Of a stretch of DNA of 64,000 bases, positions 47,725 through 60,849 are shown one piece after another; within the stretch, counting starts at the first letter, position 1, and each line of letters opens with the position of its first letter. The translations under genes and the position numbers were made by a program. The notes beneath the pieces are model-generated. The model ran no database searches, was not told the origin of the DNA, and saw only the letters and a list, made by a program, of their open reading frames with translations. The stretch is from Mytilus californianus (Eukaryota). Location of the stretch: positions 28,954,001 to 29,018,000 of the forward strand of contig NW_026262593.1 in NCBI RefSeq assembly GCF_021869535.1, given 5' to 3'.

Positions 47725-47982
47725 AGCAGTGTCGGATAGAAATCGACCTTATGCAAATCAATATCAATACATCTGTTAACCTATTTTGGGGTTGAACAAA
47801 TTTCTATGCGGAGTCTGACGTGAGTTTAACTGTTTGAAAATTGAGTTGATATAAGAACCCAACAAAACAGACCAAAATCCATCTCTTATTTCGTATTTGA
47901 ATGTCCCAAAATCAATCAAAAGTCTTATACATGTACATGTATACGTGCACTTGCATAAGGTCGATTTCTATCCGACGCAGCT
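47725..47982. mobile_element. About 255-bp MITE
   Basis: Perfect 26-bp inverted repeat GTCGGATAGAAATCGACCTTATGCAA (47731-47756 / 47951-47976). TSD unclear. Confidence 0.75.
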
Positions 47983-48639
47983 AATTTAATGTCAACTTAT
48001 TATATTGTTTGCATATAATTGTGAACTAATCTAGTTTTTTTGTGTGTGTTTGTTTTTGTTCTAGCTATTGTTGAAAGTTTAATTTATGGTTATTTGAGTT
48101 CAGAAATTTAAGATCAGAATTGTTATAGCCAGTCTGAGGATGACAGGTCTATGCTTTTTACTTCCTTCATTACACGTGTACTAAAGTGTCAAGAATTCAA
48201 AATAAATTAAATGCTATGCGATGAGTTCGATTTTACGATCTTTTTTTAGGGTCTGGAAGGGGACCTTCATTTCTGAATTCTATAACAATTTAGGTCATTT
48301 TTCTCTATTCTATTTATTTTTTGGCCATTAATCTCTATTCTTTATATTTTAGCACCCCATTATTCTCTAGTCTTTATTTTTTAGGCCTATTTTTCTCTAT
48401 TCTTTTTTTTTTGTCCATTTTCTGCAGTATTGGCCCATTATTCTCTATTCAATGAACCCCATCCAGACTCTCATTTATAAAAAAAAAGAAAACAAAGTTG
48501 ATGATACATTAGATGATTTCCTTCCTTATATCCATGAACTTTATATACATTCACTATAAAAAATATAGAAGTTTCGGAAAAAACGCACAAATTACGCATA
48601 ATATAATATATTTCTCATTGAGATGTGTACAGAATCCAT

Positions 48640-49170
48640 GTCAAGAATAATTCGAACGTGCGAACATTAGAAGATTCTAAAGGTAAAATATCTTTAATTA
48701 GGCTAATCCACTTGCAAGCTAAATCAATATGGTACTTAAAGAGGAAAATTAAGAAACCATGATATGAAGGGGAATGTGAAAATAAGTACAGAAATCTTAA
48801 ATGCTTAGTTTGATTAGAAGGTTTTTGTGAAACACCTTCGGTTAAAACTTTGAGACTATATATATTACAACAGAAATAGAGTTTAATAATAGAGCAATTA
48901 TGATAAAAGTTTTTCGATACTATTTTGGAGGCAGAAAAGTTTAATCCTGAAGAATTTTTAAAGAGCCATAAATATATATACTTTGAAACCCAACAGATAT
49001 TCTGATCAGGAATTGCTCGAATACTTTAAGAAAATTCTGATGTATAAAGTCTATGACCACTTTAACTCCAGTATACTCAATAATGACAAACCAACTGAGG
49101 ATTAAATATTTGAACTACAATCTGTAAAGAATAGCAAAGCTTGTGGCGCTAATGGTGTTACAAATTCATG
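48640..49170 (+). mobile_element. Possible LINE ORF2 fragment (region just before RT)
   Basis: Translates KPTED*IFELQSVKNSKACGANGVTN, resembling the LKxxKAxGxDGI motif. Heavily decayed. Confidence 0.45.
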
Positions 49171-51034
49171 TTCATGTACAGCAATGTATGTAAACTTATT
49201 TAATCACAATTAATCGAAATACAGTTTTTTTGTACAAACCATGTTTTTATAATATAAATCATGTCTCATTTCATAACATTCTTAAAGATATGTAGAGGAA
49301 TCTATTCTGTGTAATTAAGGTAACACGATACCAAATGGCATATCTCCTGATTTTTTTAATTTTTGGCAAACTTGAACTTTGATTCGAGTTACATTAGAAT
49401 TTGAAATAAAAATGAGGGTCATCATTTTTGTTTTTTTGTAACTTTTATTAGAAAACGTCAATTTTGGCGACAAATTTACATAGATATATAGGGAAAATGC
49501 CTTTTTTTAACATATTATTTTTAGATTTTCAATGGATGGCTGTGTTCTTATATACTGAGAAAGACTAAAAACTAACATAATATCCAGGATGGTATACTGA
49601 ATCCATGCATGTATGGAAACACATATATCACCATCCTTGTTTTTTTTAGATAAACTGCTTCAAAGTTGACCGATACGCTTAAAATTTGAAAGAAAACGTG
49701 TCGTTACTGAATACATCTAATAACGTTATTATTTTTCATAGGTAGTGAAGTATTGTATAAGTGCTTCAAAAATTTTATTTGGTAAACAGTGATGTTGAAG
49801 TAGAAAATGAATTGATTGATTGATGGTTGCTTTACGTCCAGTGGCAAATAGTTCACACATTTTCAGGACGATACAATACAATTTGAAATAGTTCTGTCTA
49901 AAACACACATTTGATGCAGCAAAAAAGGTTTAACATTCTGTTAGTTGTAAAAATTATATAGAAAACCAACAACCTGATAAAATACACTATCGCAATATAC
50001 TATCAAAATGCCAAATTCAGCAACCCGTCATTAAAATCAAATCTGACAAGATGCGCATTTTAAGTATATGTACTAACACCAGGTACATAATTTAGCCCTC
50101 TGTAGTCCTAAGAAATCAGCCGTATAAACCCTATATACCAAGCGCGGTACGGACTGTCGAACGAACACGGGTAAAACAATATGCTACCAGCATTTTGTCG
50201 AGGGAGAAAAAATATATATTAGCATATATGATGATGTTCTATTGTATAAGGCATTTGGAGGCAAAATATTTTTCTGAATAAGCAGCTCAGAGTGGAATGG
50301 TAACTGGGAGATTTCAAATGTAGTAATGTAAACAAGCTAACATCTATGTCATTTGGTCTTTGATGGAAAGTTGTCTCATTGGCAATCATACCACATCGCC
50401 TTATTTCATAATGGTTTGAGTTTTCTCCTGAAATACAAGAAGTTTAAAGACTTTAACAAATATGTACTAGGAGACTGAAATACGTTGCTGTTATAGTTGA
50501 AATCTAACTTTTGTTGTGAACATGTGATGTTATAATTTGATAGATTTAATACTTGCTATACTAAATATACTTATTAACTTTCCAATTCAAGGGATCAATG
50601 AATCTTTATTTGAACTACAAATTAGCAGTAAAAAAATACTCGTCCATCTTGCAATAGTCACGTGTTATCTAGATTTCTTTGGTTTTGTATGTCGTTAATT
50701 GGCCAGTTGCTGTTTTATTGTATATTCCACATCTACATTTATGCACACAAACAAAAACAATCCTTTTATTTTACATACACACTTGTATACTTATTGTAAA
50801 AACTCCTTATTAGACTGCGAATACTCTCGGGCTTTCCCCGACGCCTATGTGAGCAATATGCCCCTCCACCCAAAAGGCACATTTGCTAATCGTCTGTGAG
50901 TCTTTTGTCTCCCCAATTTGCGAAAAGGTGCGTTTTTCATCAGCTGTACCTGTATATCATGTCCAACTAAAAACACCAAAAACACACACCCATCCCCGAA
51001 GACCCAAGTGCAAATAACATGAATCTAAAATCAA

Positions 51035-51480
51035 AATGATCTCGTTGTTTTCTCCCCCGCGCGACGCGTTGTTGGCACAAAGAAATACCGGGCGTCCGTC
51101 CTTCCGTCCGTCCGGTCTTGTTAGCGCTCTTACGTATATAGTTCTTGCCAGATTTTTATAAAACTTATATATTAGGTTTATATCAGCATTGTCGCTGACA
51201 AGTTTGAAAATCAGTGCTGATCATTTATTTTAAAGAGTTATGCCCCTTGGAAATATTAATTATACGGAAAATTGCATTGTAAGCGTTCTCACGTGTACAA
51301 TTTTTGCCAGATCTTTATAAAGGGTATATCAAAGGTTTATATCAGCATTGTCTTGGATAATTTCGAAAATCAGTGCCGATCAATTTTTTTTAAAAGAGTT
51401 ATGCCCCTTGGAAATATTAATTATATCGGAAATTGCATTGCATTTGCTCTCAAGCCTGAATTTCTCTGTTAACGATATTT
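51035..51480 (-). mobile_element. Helentron/DINE-1-like element
   Basis: (GTCC)n microsatellite plus a duplicated block of about 150 bp ending AAGAGTTATGCCCCTTGGAAATATTAATTAT. Confidence 0.55.
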
Positions 51481-51850
51481 ATCAAAATTTAAAGAACAAA
51501 CCAAATTTTTTTTTAAAGTTATAATGGCCATGGACAGATATAATATGAACAACGTGGGGAGCATTGGAACTCTGTTCTATTAATCAGTTTTTTTTTGCCG
51601 TTTGAATAAAATAGGTTAATGAAAGTATCTTTTTATAATTTGTTTGCGTTCGACGCTCTTTTCTGGATATACCTGCATCGAAGCACCGATCATTCATTTA
51701 TTGTGGGGTCACAAATTTTTAATGAATCGTTTGATTGTAAATTTCGTGAAAATCATTTATTTCAGAATGGAATTGAAAAAAAAATGTAAGGGGATCTGAA
51801 TGGATATTTAGTGTTGACATCCCATATGTTTATTGATAAGTCTTTGCTAA

Positions 51851-52344
51851 CTTTCTCCTGATTCCGATGTAGCTGTCCTGTGCAGAGTGTGCGTACTTTC
51901 TTCTGATTCCGATGTAGCTGTCCTGTGTAGAGTGTGCGTACTTTCTCCTTGTTCCGATGTAGCTGTCCTGTGTAGAGTGTGCAAATTTTTAATGATTCCG
52001 ATGTAGCTATCCTGTGTAGAGTGTGCGTACTTTCTCCTTGTTCCGATGTAGCTGTCCTGTGTAGAGTGTGCGTACTTTCTCCTGATTCCGATGTAGCTGT
52101 CCTGTGTAGAGTGAGCGTACTTTCTCCTGATTCCGATGTAGCTGTCCTGTGTAGAGTGTGCGTACTTTCTCCTGATTCCGATGTAGCTGTCCTGTGTAGA
52201 GTGTGCGTACTTTCTCCTGATTCCGATGTAGCTGTCCTGTGTAGAGTGTGCGTACTTTCTCCTGATTCCGATGTAGCTGTCCTGTGTAGAGTGTGCGTAC
52301 TTTCTCCTGGTTCCGATGTAGCTGTCCTGTGTAGAGTGTGCGTA
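51851..52344. repeat. 45-bp minisatellite, about 11 near-identical copies
   Basis: Unit TTTCTCCTGATTCCGATGTAGCTGTCCTGTGTAGAGTGTGCGTAC. Confidence 0.97.
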
Positions 52345-52632
52345 TACGATTACAATGTTTGTAGTTTATTTTAAACAAGCTTAATTCCGAAACCATATCG
52401 GATTTCTTCTGTACGGTCCAATAAATTTCAAAGACTTGAAACATAGGAAAAGTTGTTCGGCCAAATAGCTCAACTCTTCTTTTTTCATTCCATGCCAACA
52501 AACCATTTTTTTGTATGAGTTTCCACGTCTGCTTGTACGGTCCTTTTTTTCTCTCGCTAAATTCTATCTGTATTCTTTTCAAAATAAATTTCATCGGGAA
52601 ACGGCGTGCATTATTAATAAGAATTTATTTCC

Positions 52633-52663
<31 letters not shown>

Positions 52664-53199
52664 AGAATAAAAAGCTCAGTCTGCTATGCATAAGAACACA
52701 TATAGATAAATCGTACAAATGCTTACAGAATATTTAAAACGTATATATTTAAATGTAAAGAATGAGAAGAAGAATGGGAGGAAGACGACGAAGCAATCAA
52801 TGTCAAATAACGTATTGCATCAAATCCTCCACACTCTGCATCTATGCAAAGATACTATAAAAATGTTTATTGAAAATGTTAATCTATTATTTTTTCGTTT
52901 CGCGATAAAAGTACAGCCTACATGTAGTGTGTGGTCAACCGCCAGAAACTCGACGCAGCCTGCTCTATTGACTGGTAATGGTATCTATGAACGTTGTTCA
53001 ATAACGTCAGGAAAGATAACTTATAAGTTAAACGTACAGTCATTTTTATCGTGTTACCTTAAACGAAGGGTTAACAGAATCCCGTTGGAGAAAAACAAGC
53101 GTGCATTGAATGCCTTTCATTGTTCTATCTGTATATAAATGACTTATATTATATCTATTTTTGTCCATCTGATGAGTTCAGCTTTTTTCAACTGATTTT

Positions 53200-53560
53200 T
53201 ATAGTTTCTTCTTATGTTGTACTGTTACACCACTGTCCAAGGTTAGAGGAGGGTTGGCGCCTTCGAACTAGTTTAACCCCGCCACATTCTGTATGTGCCT
53301 GTAATTCAGTGGTTGTCGTTTGTTTTTTATGTAACATATTTGTTTTTCGTTCATTATTTTTTAAATAAATTAGACCGTTAGTTTTCTCATTTCTATTGTT
53401 TTACATTTGTCATTTCGGGGCCTTTTATTAGCTGATTATGCGGTATGGGCTTTGCTCATTGTTGAAGGCCGTACGGTGACCTGTAGTTATTAATTTCTGT
53501 GCCATTTGGTCTCTTGTGGAGGGTTGTCTCATTGGCATTCATACCACATCTTCTTATATA
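53200..53560 (-). repeat. Interspersed repeat family A
   Basis: Contains GGGCCTTTT...GAAGGCCGTACGG...GTTGTCTCATTGGCATTCATACCACATC. Confidence 0.85.
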
Positions 53561-53562
53561 TA

Positions 53563-53937
53563 TGGCAATCCGTTTTACAATTTATTCTAACTTCAAGATA
53601 TCTAATAAACTTTATAAGATAGCTCATATAGTTTATAAGATATCTTATATATTTTCTATAAGATATCTTATATAGTTTATAAAATATCTCATATAATTTA
53701 TAAGATATCTCATATAATTTTCTATATAAGATATCTTATAAACTTTAGAAGATATCTTATATACTTTATAAGATATCTTATAAAATTTAGAAGATATCTT
53801 ATAAAGTATATAAGATATCTGATATCTTATAAAAACTAGATTATATAAGATATCTTATAAAAATAAGATTATATAAGACATTTTATATATTATATGAGAT
53901 ATCTTGAAGTTAGAATAAATAGTAAAACGGCTTGCCA
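53563..53937. mobile_element. 375-bp foldback MITE with a TA TSD, filled with ATAAGATATCTTAT palindromic subrepeats
   Basis: TA|TGGCAATCCGTTTTACAATTTATTCTAACTTCAAGATATC...GATATCTTGAAGTTAGAATAAATAGTAAAACGGCTTGCCA|TA. Confidence 0.8.
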
Positions 53938-54639
53938 TAGACTTAATCACTATATTAATATTGGTAGCTAATGTGATCCTACTAAACTAAATGACAAAAA
54001 TATACCATAAAATTGAGAATGGAAATGGGGAATGTCTGTCTATTATATGCAGCTGAGTTTGTGTTAATACTTACATATATCAGAATATCAGAATCAGAGG
54101 TTGGCTTACTGTGTTAAGTGGAATTTGACTTTTAATCTACACAAAACTACTGTAATGATTTTCAATAAGTCGGGAAGGATTTTAAAAATTAAAAACATAA
54201 ATTCAATGATCAGACAGTTAATTTGACCAAAGAATATACATATTTTGGAATTTTATTTAAGTCTCCTAGAATTTTTTTCTAACACAGTTAGCCATCTGTG
54301 TTCAAAGCATTAAAGTCAATATTTTGCATTAGAAAATCTTTATTCTCTGATAAACTGAAATTGTATCCACATTGGAAACTGTTTAAGAGTTGTTTGAAAA
54401 CTGGTACTTGTTATGATAAGCTAGAGAAACAATTCCAGTCTTGAATGTAGATTGTTAAGTTCCAAATGTAAAGTTTGCAATTGTGAATGTCTTGTTGTGT
54501 AATTAAAGCTACAGTTAACACTACAGTTTTAGCAGAAATAGTATGTTTCCGATGGCTATTGTTGGACTTTTTTTTTATCTTTATTCTAATATTTTTTAAA
54601 CATTTTTATACAATGATTATGTTACATGTTACACAAGAA

Positions 54640-54890
54640 TAGTCAGCCTCTGGCCTTTGTTAGTCTTGTATCATTTTTAATTTTAGTTTCCTGTGTATAA
54701 TTTGGAGTTTAGTATAACGTCCATTATCACTAAACTAGTATACACATTTGTTTGGGGGTCAGCTGAAGACGCCTCCTGGTGCTGGAGTTTCTCGCTGCAT
54801 TGAAGACCCATTGGTGGCCTTCGGCTGTTGTCTGCTCTATGGTCGAGTTGTTGTCTCTTTGACACATTCCCCATGTCCATTCTCAATTTT
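54640..54890 (+). repeat. Interspersed repeat family C
   Basis: Matches 14495-14630. Confidence 0.8.
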
Positions 54891-55790
54891 ACAAAACAAT
54901 AATGTCATATATCATCAACACAACAATAATCATTAAATAGTTAATGCAATAAATGCTATAAATTACATGAAGTTGACATGGCTAACATTTACATCTTTAA
55001 ATGACCCAATTAAACCAAACATAAATACTTCTTCATACACTACTGCATTCATTTTATCAGAGTTACCATTAGTAAATAAAACCAACAACTTCTGTTGCAC
55101 AAACGTATGAAATTCTACTAGTTCAGAACATAATAAAAATAAATGAGTGATATTTTCTACTTCCTTTTCACATACATACATCAGAAAAATTGGTACCGTT
55201 AATGTTATAACATACATTGTAATTAATAAATTTCATAGTCATAAGTTTACAATTAGTACAAATACAATGATGTGCTATTTTAAAATCAAGATCCATTTAT
55301 ATAGATGGTTTCCAGTAAGAATTGACGTTGTTCCACACTTAACAAAGTTCATGATCTTCAATCTAAAAAAAGTTCCGTCCACTTTTTATAGCAAACAGGA
55401 TACTGATAAAGTTTAATAGTAAGTAATACATATAATTCTTTTGTAGAACACATAGATAACTCTGACAATTTGTATTTGAAAATAACAGCAACATTTACAG
55501 AGCGAGATAGATTTCTCCTATGAACATCTTTACGAATAGTTTCAGTCCATTCTTTAGGCAATATTACTTTTAAAATATCATATATTTTTACAATATTTTT
55601 AATATCACAATGAAGAGTTATATTTTTTATCATTTCAACTATAGCCATTTCTAGTAAAAAAAAAATAACCTCATAACATATATCTTTTACCTGAAAAATT
55701 CCAGCATTTATAAAATCATACCATATAATAGTTTTTCCACCAAACAACACATTTGAATTACAAAATAAAGGTTGATCGGATATATTTTAA
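54890..55790 (-). mobile_element. Decayed L1/Tx1-type LINE ORF2 3' fragment
   Basis: ORFs give WYDFINAGIFQVKDI and CEKEVENITHLFLLC (C-terminal Cys/His motif). Confidence 0.6.
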
Positions 55791-55842
55791 GTGCTAAGAT
55801 CAAATTCAACATTATCTCGTATAAGATCAAAACCTTTGAACA

Positions 55843-55999
55843 TTTAAGGAATGACTGTTATATTTTTTCTTTCCTTGAAGAAATAACATAAAAAATGTGG
55901 TGCACACTGAATAACCTACGTAGCGTGTTATTTAAAAGTGTGCGCCACATTTTTGAGGTTATTTCGAATTGACAGAAAAAATATTACAGTCATTTCTTA
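55843..55999. repeat. About 157-nt imperfect palindrome, part of an element extending to about 56150
   Basis: TAAGGAATGACTGTTATATTTTTTCT...AGAAAAAATATTACAGTCATTTCTTA. Confidence 0.8.
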
Positions 56000-56759
56000 T
56001 AATTTAATTCTAAATTCCATTTTTAAAGAGTAAATCATGAAAAAGAGCTGATGACGTCACAGTCACATGACAAAAAAATGTCTATGAGCTGATAGACAAA
56101 ATTCTTTCATCCAACCAGAAGAGGTGTTACACTCCAAAATTAAATTATTTCTTTACAAACATTCGGAATACATATCAAGTTTTCTGGTAATGACATGCAT
56201 AATAATTCTTCTGATAAGTTAATATCAATTTTTTTTTAAAATAAAATATCTAAATGTAGACTTCTATAGCACTTTATAAATCTTGTCTAAAAATCTGGCT
56301 AAATATTTAATCTAACTGCATACATCTTTGATTCAATATAAGGTAACTGTAAACCTCCATTAAACTTTTGGTCAATTTTGGTGTTGTATTTTACTAAGTG
56401 TGCACCATTATTTCGCATAAAATGAATACATGCAGTTTTAATATCTTAAAAAATGATCTGGCATCGATGTTGCAAACAAACAATACCATAATCTTGATAT
56501 AAGTAACGAGGATACCTTGTATTGTCAATTACCTTTGCATCCACATATGCTTCAGTAAAGGAAGTGATAGTAAAATCCCATAATTTGTTTGACGAAAAAA
56601 AATAATAGTTTAACCAGTAGGACATACTTTCACACTAATAATCTTAATAAATTTACACATATTTTTCTAATTTTATAGTATTTTAAGAATTGAATAAAAC
56701 ATCAAATGTGTATGTATTTGCAGTTTTCAATAAAATATTAAATATGCATTTTGTTCTAT

Positions 56760-58830
56760 CTATTTAGTGTTAAACAAGTCATAATGTAGTGGTATTCGTC
56801 ACCAATTTCAGTTGAGCCACAAAGTGACATACTTTATCGTCTCGAGCTTGAAAGACCATGCCATCTTCCTGTTTCAACTGGCAATCAATGACTACTATAT
56901 TTAAATTTGCACAATGTATACAAATGGTTAGTTGACAAAATATTAGAATATTTCTCAAACTTAATTTCTGTCTTAAAAATTCTATAACATAACCCTTTCG
57001 GTAAAGTATTTATATCTGACAAACATGACAGTTTATATTGATCTTGTAATTGTTGGTCTTTTTGACTTTTTGATACCCATTTAACAGCAAATTGCATATG
57101 CCATATGGTTGACATTCCACAACTGTCTAGAATATTTTAACCATTGCACTTAAAGTATTTAACTATCAACAAGCACTGCAGGACCTTGATTTAGAAGAAC
57201 ACCTAAAAACAAACCTCTGACATGTGACTGTTCCCACTCGCCTTATATTTACAGCCCCTCTGGCCATGTTATTATTACTGAGGATCTAAACATACTTCAA
57301 CATGATCATCTCCGAAAGGTGAAATATCATGGTCCTAAGTTCAGAGAACTCCAACACATCAATTGGAACCATAACTGCAAAATAATAATGGATTCCATTG
57401 AGGACTACGCCAGAGCATGGGCTAAAGGAGAAGAAGTTGAACTGGACACTTTGTCAGAATGGGTCAAAACAATCAGGTCTCTGACAAAACGTCGAATTCA
57501 TAAGTTAAAAAAAAGTGTGAATAATAGACCAAAATCCGTTAATAGATACAGAGAAACTACTACGAGTGTCTTGAAAATGAATTACGAATAATTAAGCACT
57601 CAGGTAATCCCACAAAAAATATCATTTGAGATGAGATTTTGGCTAATCATAAGTCCTTCATGGAATCAATGAACATTACATTGAACAGCAAATCAGAGGA
57701 CTTATCTTGTTTGTATTGGATACTTTCACAAAATTCCGTACAAACAACGGTATATTGCTGGCTCATCTACATGTTCTACAAAGGAATTATCCATTAGATT
57801 GACAAAAATTCTGTCCGCAGTGGTGTTCTCTTTATTTGACTTTGTATATTTTTTAACCTTTACTGTTTAGTTCATTTTTGGTAATATACTTTTGGCATGG
57901 CTTGGTATTTATACATCCCGCCACTGTGTAATTGTGCTATTGTCATTTTTGTTTTCTTGTCTTTCATTTTTTGCTTATCATCATGTTCTTTGTCTATAGA
58001 GTGTCTAAATGCCATTTCTTTGTTGAAATAGTTATTTTTTATCATAGTGATTAAGATTATAACACTATGTTGACTGCTGTATCCCATTGATGGCATTTTT
58101 ACCTATTATGTCTGTTTGTTTTGCTAACACATTGTTGTCAAAATAATGGAATTCTATATGACTGTCATACAAGTGTGAGGTTTTAAATTAGTTAGCTATA
58201 AAACCAGGTTTACCACCATTTTCTTCATAAGGAAATGTCTGTACCAAGTCAGTTGTATTCGTTTCGTTTGATTTTTTTGAGCTTTTGGTTTTGCCATTTG
58301 GTAAAGGACTTTCCGTTTTGAATTTTCCTTGGAGTTCGGTATTTTGTTATTTTACTTTTTGATATAAACAAGCCACTTGTTTTGATATCCATAAATACTA
58401 GTAGTAAAATTGATGAATAAAAGTGAATATAGTAGACAAGATATTTTACTTTTTTTATCATTTCATAATCTTCCCCAGAAATTTATCATACAAACTTTAG
58501 CCTTTAATGATATCGGATATCTGCCAAGCTCGGCAAAAACAATAAAATTGGGTGTGCTTTGTTTAAAATGTAGAATCATCTTACAAAATCTGAGGTGGAT
58601 ACGTTCCAATTTATCAAAATGTTTAAAACCTCATATTTCTGAGGCATATAGAAGAACTGGCACTACAGCTTTATCAAAAATATCTACTTAGCTGACACTC
58701 TATAGATAGATTGTTCTGTCTGCATTTTTTAAGGCAGAGTACATTGCTTTCATACCTTGTTCATATAGATATTTTCTTGTCAAAAACGAACCACTTCTTG
58801 CGAAAAATATACCAAGATGCTTGTAGTCTT
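56760..58830 (-). mobile_element. Decayed L2/Crack-like LINE in two pieces (about 58440-58830 and 56760-57130), split by later insertions
   Basis: The upstream piece gives AVVPVLLYASEI*GF..LERIHLRFCKMIL...STPNFIVFAELGRYP (RT thumb). The downstream piece gives LCKFKYSSH*LPVETGRW and IGDEYHYIMTC. Confidence 0.7.
57190..57825 (+). mobile_element. Penelope-like element fragment (region N-terminal to RT)
   Basis: Translates GPKFRELQHINW...DSIEDYARAWAKGEEVELDTLSEWVKTIRSL, then YWI..HKIPYKQRYIAGSSTCSTKELSIRLTKILSAV. Confidence 0.75.
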
Positions 58831-58959
58831 TGACAATTTTATTCTTACTATCATTGATAAAAAAATCAAATTTTGTGGAAATCTACCACCTGAAAAAAAT
58901 AGTATTTTGTTTTTTCAACATTAATAATCAGCTTCCATTTTTTTACAGTCCTAAGAGGT

Positions 58960-59620
58960 TTTGTATGATTGCCAATGAGACAACTATCCACCAAAGTTCA
59001 AATGAAGTGGATGTAAGCAATGAGAGGCAACTGTTCGGCCTTCGACAATGAGAAAAACCCATACCGTATAGTCGGCTTTAAAAGGCCCCAACATGAAAAA
59101 TATGAGAAAACTAACGGCATAATTTATAACAAAACAGTTGACGGAAAACAAATATGACAGACATGAACCAACGACAACCACTGAAATATAGGCTCCTGAC
59201 TAGGGACAGGCACATATAGAATGTGGCGGGATTAAACATGTTTTTGAGCGCTCAACCCTCCCTTAACATGGGACAGTGGTATAACAGCACAACATCAGTA
59301 CAAACTATAATAATCAGTTGAAAAAGGCTTAACTCATCAAATCGATACAAAGAAGAAAAACATCAAACAAAAACATAGACCGAACGTGGCAGGGTATTTA
59401 TCCATCCCTCATCCCTAACAACAACAAAAAAGACATTAAGTACAGATCTGAGAGTACTCGCAGTTATAGACAGCTAGTTCAAAGCCAATAACAACTAATA
59501 AAAATCATGTATCTAAGACTAAACTATCAATCAGTACACATCAATCATCAAATGGATTTAGTGTAAAGGCTTCATTAACTGTCAGAGAAAAACATGACCC
59601 TGTGCAATGCCAAAATAAAG
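58960..59620 (+). repeat. Interspersed repeat family A with a long 3' extension
   Basis: Core matches the other copies. The extension runs to about GCCAAAATAAAGGTATCGAC. Confidence 0.8.
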
Positions 59621-59819
59621 GTATCGACATATTTTAGTACCGTTAAAGTGCATATGTGTATAACAATACTATTTAGTATGGTTTTTATTTACTGATAACA
59701 CAATCAATATTTATACCAATTAAAACACTATTCAAAGATCTAATTACAGTGTTGAATTAATAACCTTAGAGAATAAGTTAATTTAAAGGAGTAATAAGTT
59801 TACCCGGATCGTATATAAA

Positions 59820-60680
59820 TTTCCGGGCTCGGTAAACAGCATCATTGTAAAATTTAGGATGTTCTATTCCGTCTGAAATAAGGTACAGCCAAACTTGCAA
59901 ACCAAATCTTTGTATCGATGGAAGAATTTAGTAAAGAAATCCCTGACTTAATAATTTACCAGTAATACATAGATAACGCGCATTGAAGTCCAAAACGTCA
60001 CTACAGACACGGGCATAACGAACGAGTTGGGATATATAAACCCCGTAAGACGGTGCCAGAGGAACATCTCCGCCCAAAAAAGGAAAATTAACAACAGGGA
60101 AAGAAAAATCACCCCTTTTGTCGTAAATTTTTGTGTAGGGTTTCTGGTGTAAAACTGAAATGTCTAAATCTTGGAAAGGACACTAATTGCTGTTAATATT
60201 TGATTTATTTATGGTAAGTTTCTGTAGGATAATTTCGGCAGTATATATAGAGAATTCTTGATTATTTAACGAAAAAATATCATCAAGATAACGGCAAATG
60301 TTGAATTTATCAATTAAATGGAATTTAGACGGGTCTTTACTGAGTTTGACCATAAACTGTGAATCATAACACTACAGGAACACGTCTGCTATTGAAGGGG
60401 CACAATTGGTGCCCATAGGAATACCTAAAATCTGTCGATAAACATAATTGCCGAAACGTACACAAATGTAATAAAGGAGAAAATTAATGGCTTTAATCAT
60501 CTCATCACACCTCCAGTAAGAATACCTAGCATATTTACCTTTTTCGTTTTAAAAAGGCTCTCTATGAGTCGCAGCAAATAAATTTTCAATCAGATTTTTC
60601 GTCCGACCATTTAATTAAATAGGAAAAGTTTTGTTTGATAAGATTGTGTGGAAGTGTAGTGTAAAGAGTGGAAAAGTCAA
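59820..60680 (-). mobile_element. Penelope-like element RT fragment
   Basis: The minus strand gives QILGIPMGTNCAPSIAD (RT motif) and DFSFPVVNFPFLGGDVPLAPSYGVYISQLVRYARVCS. Confidence 0.85.
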
Positions 60681-60849
60681 AACTGTCAACCGAATCAAAG
60701 GGAAAATAAAAAGCACGTAATTTATCTAAAACGTCCAAAGATTTTTACACTCCAAAAATGGTTAATTCACTTGTTTTTGTTAATATGCATGTCTTTTGAT
60801 TGAGTTAAGCCATTTCAATTGATATTTTATAGTGTGTCTTTCTATGTTT

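Noticed and set aside
49316-49700. TTAA-flanked DNA transposon starting TTAAGGTAACACG
   Set aside because: No matching right TIR was found, so the boundaries cannot be supported.
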